Part shown: positions 39,601-51,103 of the stretch, piece after piece
How positions within the stretch are numbered: position 1 is the stretch's first letter
Layout: every line of letters begins with the position of its first letter
From: Anthoceros angustus
Lineage: Eukaryota; Plantae; Anthocerotophyta
DNA: 64,000 bases
Assembly (NCBI GenBank): GCA_010909165.1
Contig: MU008158.1
Span: forward strand, 3,614,809-3,678,808
Direction of reading: 5' to 3'
Notes under the pieces: model-generated
The model's input: the letters and a program-made list of their open reading frames with translations, nothing else
Database searches by the model: none
What the model was told of the DNA's origin: nothing
Position numbers and translations under genes: made by a program

Positions 39601-40793
39601 GAGATCTGTGTTGTCATGCAGTCTGAAGACACAAGTGCCTTTGCCTTCTATGTGCAAACTGGACTTACTTTGCTCATCACCTAGCAGCACCTTGTCATGG
39701 ACATGCACAAGGTCTAGGGTGGAGAACAACTCCCTGTCCTTACAGATGTGTGTTGTAGCTCCAGAGTCAAGATACCAACAGCCATCATCGTGAAGAGAAC
39801 TTGACAAGCAAACGGTAAGGATTTTTACTGGTGCCTTGTCAACATTCTCGCTTTTACAACGCTGGCACGCGCTTCAGGGCTCACCCGCCTATGCTTATGT
39901 GCACTCGTGCCTGGGCTGGGGAGTTCCACACCAATTGCGTGCTAACGCTTGTTGGAGGTGACCCATCGACCGTAAGAGCTTCCACCTTGGTTTCCCCCTC
40001 TGAATTTAGACTTGCCTTTAGGAGATCTAAAATTCACAGCCAAGGCCTTCTCGGGCCGTGCTGCTTTAGAAACAGCAGAGCCATGAAGCAGCCTTGCTTG
40101 CTCTTCCTGGTAGAGTGCTCCAATCACTTCCTAAATAGTGGGGGCGTTGGCAGCAGCTGCACCTAGTTTGATGGAGGCATTTTGGCTGGTGATGAAATTT
40201 TGGTATGAAGGAGGGAGGCTGATAAGCAACTGGGACACAGCTTCGACTTCAAGCATCTTGTGGCCAGTCAACGACGTGATCTGGGCTATCAACTGCCGAA
40301 ACTTGCTTGTGTGAGTTGCTATCTTCTCTCCTTCCTTCATTTTCAACGAGTAGAATTGCATCATGACGGCTGATAGTGACATCATATTTGTGGAGTGGTA
40401 GGTGGTCTCCAATTGATCCCATATTTCCTTGGCCAATGTCAAGAATTCAACATCAGGGACAAGGTCTGCAGTAAGAGGATTGATGAGCAAAGCCATGGCC
40501 ACACTATTGTGGTACTCCCACTTAGCGTATTCATCCGGCTTGGTTTTGGGCTCAGGCTTCTGAAAACTCCCATCAACACTTGTCCATACACCTCTAGCAA
40601 CAAGGACAGCCTTCATGCGGACTCTCCAGACCTGGTAACCAGTCCCACTGAAGCGGTCCTTGCCTTGGACATCTGATGTGTAAGATGTAGAAGAGGCAGC
40701 CATGATGGGTGGTTGAAGTGGTGGGTTTGCAGGTTGTAACGTGAGATTATTGAAGTTATCAATGAGGGCGTTCAGCTGGGCTTCAACGGACAT
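36457..40793 (-). pseudogene. Copia gag-pol with few frameshifts (ORFs of 220, 421 and 542 aa)
   Basis: gag (YQVWRVRMKAVL), WYLDSGATTHIC, LWHARLGH, integrase (LVHAD, LRTDNGSEF, PQQNGVSERKN), RT (ARLVARGFTQ, LYVDD), RNase H (RTKHIEIQHHYIR). Confidence 0.95.
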
Positions 40794-41254
40794 GAAAAAC
40801 TAAACGATTAAGAAGAACTATGGTTTCTTCTAATACAGCTAAGTTTTCATTCACGCACCACACTTAGATTTGCAGAAAACACTAACCAATACATGCAGGA
40901 ATGGGGTGCTGGGCTGCTCAGCTGGAAAGGGTGCTAGCCAAGAATGCTAGGATCAGCTCCTGCTGAGCTCCACAGCATGTCGATCGTGCATGCCTGGCGT
41001 GAAAAGTCGTGTCCATGCCTGCAAACCCTAACTTGGATAACGGTTCATAAGAAACCTTGTTGAAAAATTAGGTTAAGGGCAAGAAACTAACCGTCATGAC
41101 TGTCTACTGAAGTGACAGGTACAAGTGGACCAATGTGCGCTGAAGAATGCTGTCTAATCAAGGGGTGCAAGGGGAAGAATGCACCGATTCATATCAGGAT
41201 GTAGGAGGAGCACTCCTGCGCCTGTGTGGCCCCCGCTCAGCAGCAGCGGAAGAT

Positions 41255-41962
41255 TCACAATGCTCGAACAATCGAGCTTGATCCTAAATGAGAGCAGCCC
41301 TGTTCTCGCTCACGAAGCCTCAAGTCCATCAATTTCAGAAAATCAGATACGTTATTGATGTCTCTTGAGATTTGTTGTGTGCTCTCAGCGACTGCTTGTT
41401 CAATTTCAGGATTTCGTGTCGGAACTCTGTTCTTCAAAAATTCCTGGTTTGTAATTACGTGTGATAACAATTGTAGAACTTTGATTAGAAGAGATTCTAT
41501 CCTTATGTCGAACCCTCTTCCAAAATCAGTGCAGGGGCTAACGCTGTCTCCGGCCTGTGATGTTGCAGGCTGTTGCTTTGTGGCTGATTTATTAGGAATA
41601 TGTAGCGAAGGATGTAATGCATCAACAATAGGCGCTCTCAGAAAATCTGCTAGACTAGATGTTTCTGATCTAGGAGAGTAGTACAAATCAGGGTTTTGCC
41701 CTCTCCTATAGCAACGCTCTCTGTAGAGGCGATCAACCTCTCGATTTTTGTTTAAATAAAAATCAGATGCTCCCCTTTTGCTACGTGATTCAACAAACCT
41801 CTGCAACCAATGAATGGGGTAGTTCTGTTCATAGATGTCCAGCACCGTGTCAATATCGAGTTGTGGCGGTGCCGTTTGTCTTGGTGGGAATCTAGCTTGC
41901 TGAGAATGTCTCGAGATCCCACCACGACACGGACGTCTAGATGAACCACCCCGTCTCGGCAT
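41255..41962 (-). CDS. ORF-X: unknown 235 aa ORF 33 bp after the PBS of element A; Arg/Gly-rich N-terminus, helical C-terminus; apparently truncated by the copia core
   Basis: Clean ORF MPRRGGSSRRPCRGG...; its TGA stop (41257-41255) lies inside the first bases of the LTR-like TGTGAA at 41259. Confidence 0.65.
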   Translation of the reverse strand: MPRRGGSSRRPCRGGISRHSQQARFPPRQTAPPQLDIDTVLDIYEQNYPIHWLQRFVESRSKRGASDFYLNKNREVDRLYRERCYRRGQNPDLYYSPRSETSSLADFLRAPIVDALHPSLHIPNKSATKQQPATSQAGDSVSPCTDFGRGFDIRIESLLIKVLQLLSHVITNQEFLKNRVPTRNPEIEQAVAESTQQISRDINNVSDFLKLMDLRLREREQGCSHLGSSSIVRAL

Positions 41963-42008
41963 CTTCCAGGAATTGCATTAGGAAACAGAGCATGGCTGTG
42001 ATACCATG

Positions 42009-42169
42009 TGGAGAAAACGAGCGGAGGCAAAGGAATAGCAGAAGCATAAAACAGAATAATAAAATGAGAATACAAAATTGTTTAAATACTTTCTATGTGA
42101 CTGTTCATATAGCAACCCTAGATAGCTTAACCTGTGTGTTAGGTTTAACTAAATCACTTATTCTTAACA
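42009..42169 (-). repeat. 5' LTR of element A
   Basis: Followed on the minus strand by 2 nt and the iMet PBS; flanked by the TTCTC TSD. Confidence 0.95.
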
Positions 42170-44546
42170 TTCTCTAGCCTCTCTTTAAGCGTTGAGCTCG
42201 TCCTTGAGCTTGCCTTACACCTTCCCTTGGGCATGCTTCCCCTAAGCGAGGTAGCTCGCCCTCCTCCTCACCTTTCACTACTCACCACAGTGCCCGTCCC
42301 TATTTGGCACCCTTCAAGTTTGTTGCGCCTCCCTAGCGCCTCCTTATTCCTGCTGGCGTCGTTCTTCTAGCGCTGCCGCCTTCCCTCTCTTCTTCACAGG
42401 ATTCCAAAAGCACCACTCGCTCGCACTCGCCTTCCTAGCTCACATGGACTTGTCGCGATGTGGTCATCTGGCTGTCTTATCTTAAATAGGGAACACAAGC
42501 TTGTTAAGGAAAGAGATGGAGGGTGGCCAAGTTGGGAAGGTATGCCCCCAACTGTCACCACCGTTGATGTGTGCCGCATGGCACTATCTCCACCGTTAAA
42601 CTCTTTAAATAGCTCCCCCTGCCAAGTATACTTAGGGCTCCTACTCGACTGCTACTAGGGGTTCTAAATTAATTACTAATTCTCTAGGTATATGCACATA
42701 TATAGCCTAAAAGAATTCTATAAATGGTTCTCTACATGCGTAGGGCAGCGACCTACTTTGGTAGGTCCTCCTACCTACAATCTACGGGTCACGTACCTAC
42801 CCTACCCACTAAACCATTTATTCCTGAGAATCTTCCGAATTCCTACTCTGGTTCCTAACTTTCTTACATGGCTCAACATAAACACTCGTCACTCCTCGTT
42901 GTTCACTTTGAATCAAGATGGAACAAAAATGAACCAAACTGGATCAAATTTACAAAGGGACCCAAACTTTTCCGTTCCACATGGGATTAGCTCGCGAATA
43001 GTCTAAGTGATTTGTATGGCACATGCGAACATCAGGAATACGGGCAATTAGCTGAAGAATATAGCAATGGCAAAAAAATCAAAGGAAACTCAGACAAATA
43101 GCGACGCAAGCACGCCATGGGAACCATGTTATTTATACAATGTCTCATTTTTAGGGCCACCCTTGCTAGCTATCTCAGACTCCTTATCTTTCGTCTTTGC
43201 TGCTCTCTCCCCAATGCAAACTCATCACATCGTGCTTACATGCAGATCTGATCAAGTTTTAGTTTCTTTACCGAACAATTCTTTTGTGGGCTAGTTTATG
43301 ATGTGAATAATTTATATCCAACGCTTAATTTGCTAACATTTATTCATCTTCTATTTGTCATTGTCAGTTTAACCATGCTATTGGAGTCCTTGCAACACTA
43401 AGGCGATTCATGAGCTCTACTGAGGTGATGTACCTTGGGTTATCAAAGTTGATACTTGTTCACAAACAAAAAAGACTATCACCCAATTTGACACTAAATA
43501 CTGAGGATTGTGGCTATGTCAACTACTATAAAGCCAAATTTTGATCTGGATGTACATGTAGCATCATTCGATAAGTCATCATGCTTTGGGGCAACTTTGT
43601 ATACATCGTACAAATGTTGATTCTTTAAGACTTTTACAGTCTTCTACTCCTACAATCATCGTAAAAAATAAAAATTGTAGCTACTCATATTCGTTCTTCA
43701 GGATCATGTGATAATTTGATCTCGATAGTAACATATAAAATAAAAGAGCTTCTCTATAGATTATTTGAAGCTCAAAGATACATCGGCGAATCGTCCAACC
43801 TCACTCCACGTCCAACATTTAGTCAATGTTAGTCCAAACAAGGACATGTTAGAGAGGTTGGGGGTTGTAAGTGGATGAAGCTTACAGTTATAAGTAAACG
43901 TCACTGCCTGCGATATGTTGTGACATGGCTTGATAGGCTCTTTGTGCCCCTTACTCATTTCTTCCATGATTTTCTTCATTGCTTGGGCATGTGTCATCTT
44001 TGTCCTCTCCTTAAGAATCTGTTGTGCACGACGACCTATAGACTTGACTTGGTCATTACTCCCTAATTGTGGCATATGTTTGAACATCTTGTACATTCTC
44101 CTAATGGTGTCGACATCCACAACTATACAAAGTTGGCTTCACATATCTTGCTGTAGTGCAGCCCATATTTTGTCAGTGAAGGTCTTGTAGGGAATTCACT
44201 ACTGTTTTCAATGGACACATTGTAGTCCACGTGAGAGCTTTCTGTTTGGCGAGCTCCAGGTTGCGAGTGTTTGCACGTGTAAGCCGCAGACAAGATTCTA
44301 GAGTAGATGAAGGGCGAGAATGAAAATCAAACCTCCCAGGAAAGCAAGCTCGCATGTAGTGACAACCTCCGCCATAATGCTGTTCTTAAGGCGGTGATTG
44401 AAAAGTGGAGTTTTGCCGCCATTAGCTCTTACAGCAATAGTCGCATGCGAATCTCTTGCTTAATTGTATAGTTTTAGCGTAATCTTTCAGAAAATACATT
44501 TGTTGATCTTTTTCATAATTTCTTTAGCTTCCTAATGAGTTCAACT

Positions 44547-44714
44547 AAGTGGGAGTAATGGAAAACCATTTTGACCTTGACTTGTATATTTATTTAAGCG
44601 TAGTTTTCTTATTAGGTGAGATCTACTTAATCCAAACTAACTTTACTTTTGTATATATAGACCTTTTTTCTCTCACAATAAATAATCAGCTATTTTCTCG
44701 CTCTTTTCTGCACA
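44547..44714 (+). mobile_element. Orphan PPT plus short (~155 bp) LTR-like segment (element D)
   Basis: AAGTGGGAGTAA (44547-44558) is identical to the copia B PPT. It is followed by TGGAAAA... and ends CGCTCTTTTCTGCACA, resembling the element A LTR end CGCTCGTTTTCTCCACA. Confidence 0.55.
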
Positions 44715-46880
44715 TTCGTGCCTCTCGCTGCCTGATGTGAGGTTCGTTGCCGCCTGATCCAATACTGCGACACTTAACCTTAGAATGACCAATAGTTTCA
44801 ATTTACGACTTTGGCCGTACCGTAAACCCTTGTAAATACTGTGTAGCTCGATGTACTACCATGGCGAGATTGCATCCAGGCCATGTGAAAGGTTCATGGT
44901 TTCCTCGGATTAGCCGCATAATATGGGTAACCAAGTTGGCCATGTTGCGGGCTTGGTGGCTATGCTAAATTTTACATTAAAAAAATCATGCCCTAAATCG
45001 TTTGCTACACGCAGAAACGTGGAAAGATGCTTGCAAATCCACCTCAATCACTAGTCAAGAAGCCTTCTTCTTCCTCGGCCGTTGGTACAACGCCTGTGTC
45101 CCCCGTCTCCGAATCTACCCGTTTTTTACCCTACAAACCACTTGGTGCCAATCCCCATGATCACCGGCCAGTCATTGTGATCGGGGTCAAGTGCAGTACG
45201 TGGCTTTGGAATATAAGGCAGGTAGATGGTAGCATAGAAGCCTGCTGGCAGACATGTTTCACCACCCATGGTTGTGGGGTACATCTGGTTTTGTGTAGTG
45301 TGGTTGCCTTGGGCATCTAGACTGCGGGCTCCCAAAAAACCCCGGCTGCCCATAGGGCTGTCAAAAAAATTTTCCTACGCTGACCAAGTTTGCTCAACCA
45401 TCAGAGCAGTACAAGCTGAGAACTAGAAGAAGATGCTTCCGTGCATCAGCCATGGTAGCTTTGGGCAAAGGTGGTTAGAAATTAGTGGGGGACACACATG
45501 GTTGGTTTCTATTTTTTGAAGCACGTGACAGTGTAGATATCGGTGCGCTGGTATTTGTGGTTGCAAGAGCAGCACGCACAGATTTTTGTGGAATTAGTTA
45601 GGAAAAAAAATGCTTACTCACCTAAAATGGCCGAAAAAAGGGCTAGGTGTTCCGGGGTTAAGAACCTAGTGGGAATTAGGTCTTGCGTCTCAAGGTTGGT
45701 CCGCAAAATACTGTAAAAGGTTCCTTTCAAGCTATCCATGGATGCAAAACTTGGAGCAGTCATAACCCTAACAAGACTAACCAAATTCAAAACAAAACAA
45801 CCTATTGAAGCTAACCACAATCCCAATAACGAGTCCCGATAAATATTTCAACTCATACCATCCAATTCATTCCAAACCCATATTGAATCCTGGCTTCTTA
45901 CAAAAACCTGTCGCGCTTTCTTTATCGGCTTACACGCTTGTCCATCGTCTCTCTCCCCACACTAGAGAGACCACAAAATATCCAAGGAAGCGGGAAGAAA
46001 AATGTGCGTTCTTTATAAAGTCTCCTAAAACAAAACAACACAGTTCAAGCGATGAAAAAAATGAAAGATGCCAAGTTTGGAGAGCGTCTGACACAAAGTC
46101 CGGTAGTAGGGGAGGTATGTACATATGTACATACATATTCGGAAACGTTGGGCGGTGATGACGCCCACGTGGTACCGCAGCCCGCAACTTGCGCGAGAAG
46201 GATCGGGTTGTGACTGGCGGTTGAGGTTGAGGTATGGGCATGTGATCCGGACAGATGATGGTGCATGCGTATGGATGGCATGCTGGCCCGACAGGGGAGC
46301 GTCATCAATCTGGCACAAGGGTTCCCGTCCGCTAACTCTCGCGTCACCGGAGGACCTTCCCTTGAGCAAATGTAAATATATACATGAATAGGTACCCACG
46401 TTCCTTGACTCGGTCATTAAGTGCCCAGTTAAAACCTCCCCGTCCCCGCCTGCTCGAAAATATCTGGCATGACGAAGTCGTCGAGACGGGTTAAATAAAA
46501 AACGCCTCGAGAGGGACGACGCAGTGATCGGCATCTCCACCAGGAGCTGCAAAAACTCCTGGAAATTGGACTGTAGTTCTCGACACATGATCCGCCCACT
46601 TGAGCCTCCCACCGTTCCGTTCCGTGCTGCGCGCAGCGTTCTGTTCACAGATCGTCCGCGCCTCATTGCGTGACTGTGGTGCACGCGCCGGCGAAGATGC
46701 TCGTCCACCCGCGCAGCCCGATTGAGAATCACCGACTCCCGTCTATTCATCCTCTCGCCGGCGTCTATTGCGGACCTCGATACTGGCAGCAGCGCCCTCT
46801 CAAATATACTGCAATAGTAAAACGTGTCGTATAACGGCTGCCAGGCGCTTGGAAAGCATTTAAACGCGGCACGCGGCGCG

Positions 46881-46915
46881 GCCGGTGGCCGGTAGCCGGT
46901 AGCCGGTAGCCGGTG
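46881..46915. repeat. Five copies of the 7 bp unit GCCGGTR upstream of the transporter gene
   Basis: GCCGGTG GCCGGTA GCCGGTA GCCGGTA GCCGGTG read directly. Confidence 0.8.
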
Positions 46916-47494
46916 GTCGGCCCTTCTAACGTCCACCGCAGTCAAACGGGCAGGGTTACTGTGCGCCAACGAGCAGTCCCAGTCCCAGCCCCAGTCCGGT
47001 CCGACGCTGTTGGGTCTTGACTGTGTGCCGTGTGAGAGGCAGGAAGCTCCATGTGTCCTTCGCGCGGGGGCCTGATGAAATGCCTCCGACTGTCGCTGTG
47101 TGGTGCACATTGCGATACAAGGCCATCGCCATCGACGCCCACCCCGCCCGCGTGCCGGGTTCCCCCCTGGTTCCTGGCTTCCGCGTCGCTCTTCGTCTCG
47201 CCCCGCCCGGATCCGGATCTGGATCCGACTCCGACTCCGCCTCCGCCCCCGCCCCCGCCGGGCCTCGACCCGGGACCAGGAGGGCAGGGACAGGGACAGG
47301 GCTCGGCGCTCCCGCTCCCGCACTTTCACCCGCTCCCGCTGGCGTCGGGTACGTCTCCCCTGTCCGCGGAGCTCGCGTTAGCGCAAGCCTGTGTGGAGTA
47401 TGAGGTAGCGCTTTGCAGACCTCCTCTGCCCGGGCCTGGAGCTTCTCCTACTGTGGGATTTCTGTGGAGACTTGTGTAAGTTCCGCGGTCCGCG

Positions 47495-49424
47495 ATGGAC
47501 AAGACTCCGCTTTGGAAGGTGCACGTGGCGCAAGTCATCGTGCAGTTTGGAGGAGCGGGGTACTATATTCTGGCCAAGTCCGCGCTCAGCAACGGGGTGA
47601 ACAGCAAAGTGTTTCCCGTCTACCAGAAGCTCATTTCCACTTGTGTCCTTACCTTCTTCGCCTTCTTCACCCGGAAGTAAGCCCCTACCCGCTTCTGCCG
47701 CACGCGGGCTTCTGCATTTCCTGTGCTCTTGTGTGATGCCGAGTGGTGGACTCATGACTTGTTCTTCTCTGCTGTGCAGAATGGCGGGAGGGAAGAGGCT
47801 GACCTTGCATACGTTTTTTCTCATTTTCTTGGCGGCAGTAAGCGGGTGAGTGGCCGGGGGGGTGCGGGAATGGCCGGGTGGGATGGAATGGGGTGGCCGG
47901 GACCATCAGATTGCGCTCTTTGTCTTGCTGCTCTTCTCAGGATTCTGCTCTTTTTTTTCCGCAGGGTGTATGTGGCCCAGATTGCCTTTCTCGAGGGGCT
48001 CGCCCTCACTTCAGGATCATTTGCTGCGGCGATGCAGAATGCTGTGCCGGTTTTTGCCTTCCTGATTGCCGTAGTCTGCAGGTATGAATCCGGTCCGAGG
48101 GTGAGTGTTGTGTGGTGTTGGAGATCTGTTTCTCTTGTTTCGTGGGGGGGTTCAGCTTGTTGCGGCCCTGGACGTTTGCAGGCTTGAAGAAGTTCATTGG
48201 AGTAGGCGTGATGGACAGGCCAAATGTGTGGGTGTCATGTGTTCTGTGGCTGGTGCCATCTTCATGTCTTTCTATCAAGGCCCCGTGGTCATTGGGACTC
48301 CTAAGGTCGTCGAGATGGAGATGGCTGTGGCCAACGATGCTGTCGGATCCTACACTGGCGAGCTGCTCCGACTGGGTGCCGAAAAGTGGGGTTTGACTTC
48401 TTGGCAGATTGGTTCTGTGTGCATCCTCATCTACGATCTGTGTGCAGCCGTCTTCATAAACCTGCAGGTAGAGACACCTTTTCATGGCCCGTGTGATTCA
48501 GATTTTGTGCGCATGGGAGGGGCGGATGTCTCTCCACTTACTCACCACTACAACCTGCCTGTGCAGGCTGCTATAGTTGCTCGATATCCTTCACCTGTGT
48601 CTGTCGTGGCCATGGTTACTGGCTTGGGAGTCATGATGCTCGGCATCTCTGGACTCTTCACCGTCCACAATCCTGCCGATTGGATTGTGACTCAGCCAGG
48701 GGATCTCATTGCCCTTTTCTACTGTGTAAGTGTGGGAGCCGGACGACCAAGTTTCTCTTCGACTGGCCGACGTTTCCTTCTCATTAACTGGCTAAGCAGA
48801 GTATTGGAGTTTCTCTGATGAAGTTCTCGGGGTAATGTCTCAGGGTGCCTTGACGTCTGCACTGGGATTCGCATTGTCCACATGGTGTGTTCAACGCGGA
48901 GGCCCGTTTCTGGCGACTGCCTATATTCCTTCTCAAGCTGTGTTCTCGGGTGTATTTGGTCTCATCTTTTTAGGAGAAGTAATCTACTTGGGCAGGTTTG
49001 TTCTACAACATCGACCTCTCCCCGTTCCAGTCCATCATAATGCCCTGCTGTGGTTGTGGTTGTGTCCGCAGTACTTATCTTTTCCTGCTGCCGTTGCAGT
49101 ATTCTTGGTGCGTTTTTCATCTTGATGGGCCTGTTCGCTGTCACATGGGGGCAACACCGTCAAAGGCAACTTGCATGCCTAGCTGCCCCAGTGAGCATTG
49201 TTGCAAGCACAGATGATCCGACGATAATGCATGTGAAAGAGGAGGACCACCTACGAAAGCCACTATTAAGGTACAGTCTCCATCTCGGAGGATAAGTCCT
49301 TTTGTCTAATCCGCCTTTGATGAGCCAGCCGTACTGGGCATCTTAAATATCTGCTCTCGGTGCGCCGAGTGATTTATGTCTCTGTACTCAGCTGACACAT
49401 GGTTCTGTCCTTTCCTGCAGCTAA
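47495..49424 (+). CDS. WAT1-related / UMAMIT (EamA, nodulin MtN21) transporter; exons 47495-47676, 47780-47845, 47965-48081, 48182-48467, 48567-48725, 48844-48995, 49100-49270, 49421-49424 (or reading through to a stop at 49295)
   Basis: GT-AG splicing keeps frame and gives hydrophobic helices plus family motifs (AMQNAVPVFAFLIAV, RLEEV, AKCVGV, YPSPVS, WCVQRGGPFLATAY, GEVIYLG, ILGAFFILMGLFAVTWG). Confidence 0.92.
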
Positions 49425-51103
49425 TGAACTTCCTAACGGGTTTTCACCACCTATTATCCTGGGAGATTTGAACATCTTGTCATATTCAATCTCAGGTTAA
49501 CCCTGTATATGAAGTTTCAAGTGGCAGTTTCCAAATTTACAAGTTGGGTGTGCGAAGATCCGAGTGAGCTGGTGTGGCCTCTGCTGTAATGGCCGCCTTG
49601 CAGGACACAATTGCCCAAATGCTTCAAATTGTCACAGGCATTCTCAGTTTGCAGTTGGCTGATCCGCCGTGCTGCAAACCTTTGCGTAAGCAGAGAACGA
49701 CCTGTTTGTAATCTACCGTATCAGACCGGACCTGCAGATGTATCATTTCGTCACAATTACTTCGAGCCCTCATGTATTCTATGCACTTCTTCGTGTAGCA
49801 GCAGTCGTGACACGAACAGTTGTGCCCACGGGCAACATGGTCGCTACCCGGGCCGCTTCAGGCGAAGGACTTGTTTGACGTCAGCATCTGAAATTTTGTT
49901 CACGATTTCTCTCTCCAGCGGCGGTGGAGTCCCCTTTCCTTCAGTTTACTTTCTGATGGATCCGTCTGCCCTGGTCCAACACGAAACAGGCTACTCTAGT
50001 ATGCGGGCTGGCGTGAACCCAGCAGGCGACGACAGTCATTCTGGTGACTGGCCACCACCACTACTCCCAAGAAAAAGGGTAGAGCCTTATCTGGTGGGCC
50101 AGATGAAGTTTTCACAAAGCTTGCAAGGGCATCTGTGGCCTATACAATGATATGGCTACTAGCTTGGCAACCTGGTCCAGGTGCTTTATAGACAATATTT
50201 TGTGTGTGGAAATATCTCAAAAGATGCCGGTACACTGAAGAAGAGCAACGTATCACAGAGTGTCGTGTGCAGCTCCTGTTAGTGCGTCACGGCTCCTTTC
50301 GTTGGAAAGGTATCCGCACCAATATCTATAACAGATGTGGCTATGTTTACTTGAAAGTGGTTCAGGAAAATATCCCGGAGACTTGATGTTCTGCTTGCGT
50401 AAGTACCAGGCCGTCACTTAGATCGTCTACGCGTCTGGGTCACTGGGTGACCGGCTACTAAGTGAATAGGAACCACAGAATCGCACTACGGCGGAGGAGC
50501 GATATCTAGTATCTATACTCACTTACATTGATAAGCCACCTATAGATGGAGGAAGATGCATCTCTTGCACTTTTGGGCCATGTAGTCCATAAACAATTTT
50601 CAGAATGGAGTCCATCTAGCAAAGATGGTAATCCCAAGGACCATAATAAAAAAGAACAACTAAATTCCATCCCTAAAATCATGTGTTGTGCCAACAATAT
50701 GCAACAATGTGCCAACAATGATAAAGGCCCTACATATGAGAAAGCCTTGCTGTCTACATAGCCTATAAAAGTGTTTCTTCGCTAATACCTATTTACTTAA
50801 TGGGAATGGACCCTTAAATGTACTTTCTCTTTCCAAGATTCTTTGTAATGCTGCAGGAAGCGGTGAGTAATTTTCTTTTATGTTGGATGTGGTGGTATCT
50901 TGCTCATAGCCTAGTTCGGTTTCTCGGGGACGAAAGAACAAGACAGGCAGAACCTTTCGACTGCACATTCCATCTCCTCAATTGCAAATCCAGCTTCCTA
51001 TGCTACTGCTGGGGATTGTAATGTTCGTTGTCGACATTTTGTTTGTTGTTTAGGTTGATGTGCATCCTATACTATTTGTCTCTATTCTCCGTCGTAGGAT
51101 CTT

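Larger units (their letters stand above)
34954..41259 (-). mobile_element. Ty1/copia core within element A, with LTR-like ends that do not match each other
   Basis: gag-pol 40793-36457. A poly-G PPT directly after the pol stop is followed by a ~630 bp TGGAAG...CCCAACA segment. The 5' side has an unrelated 202 bp TGTGAA...TCAACA segment (41259-41058) followed by a telo-box (41023-41031). No TSD. Confidence 0.8.
22974..42169 (-). mobile_element. Element A: young 19.2 kb composite LTR element (161 bp LTRs, TTCTC TSD, iMet PBS, PPT) with nested copia units
   Basis: LTRs 22974-23134 and 42009-42169 differ at 1 of 161 positions and read TG...CA on the minus strand. TSD TTCTC at 22969-22973 and 42170-42174; PBS TGGTATCACAGC at 42006-41995; PPT AAGAGGGGG next to the left LTR (from 23135). 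Confidence 0.95.

Noticed and set aside
35788-41264. ATGCT near 35787-35791 and at 41260-41264 as a TSD of the copia core
   Set aside because: It is offset by one base, and the left copy is simply RNase H coding sequence; treated as coincidence.
46025-47329. 434 aa minus-strand ORF
   Set aside because: GC-rich, low-complexity translation with no motifs and a non-ATG start. It overlaps the promoter/5' UTR of the WAT1 gene and is probably a chance ORF.
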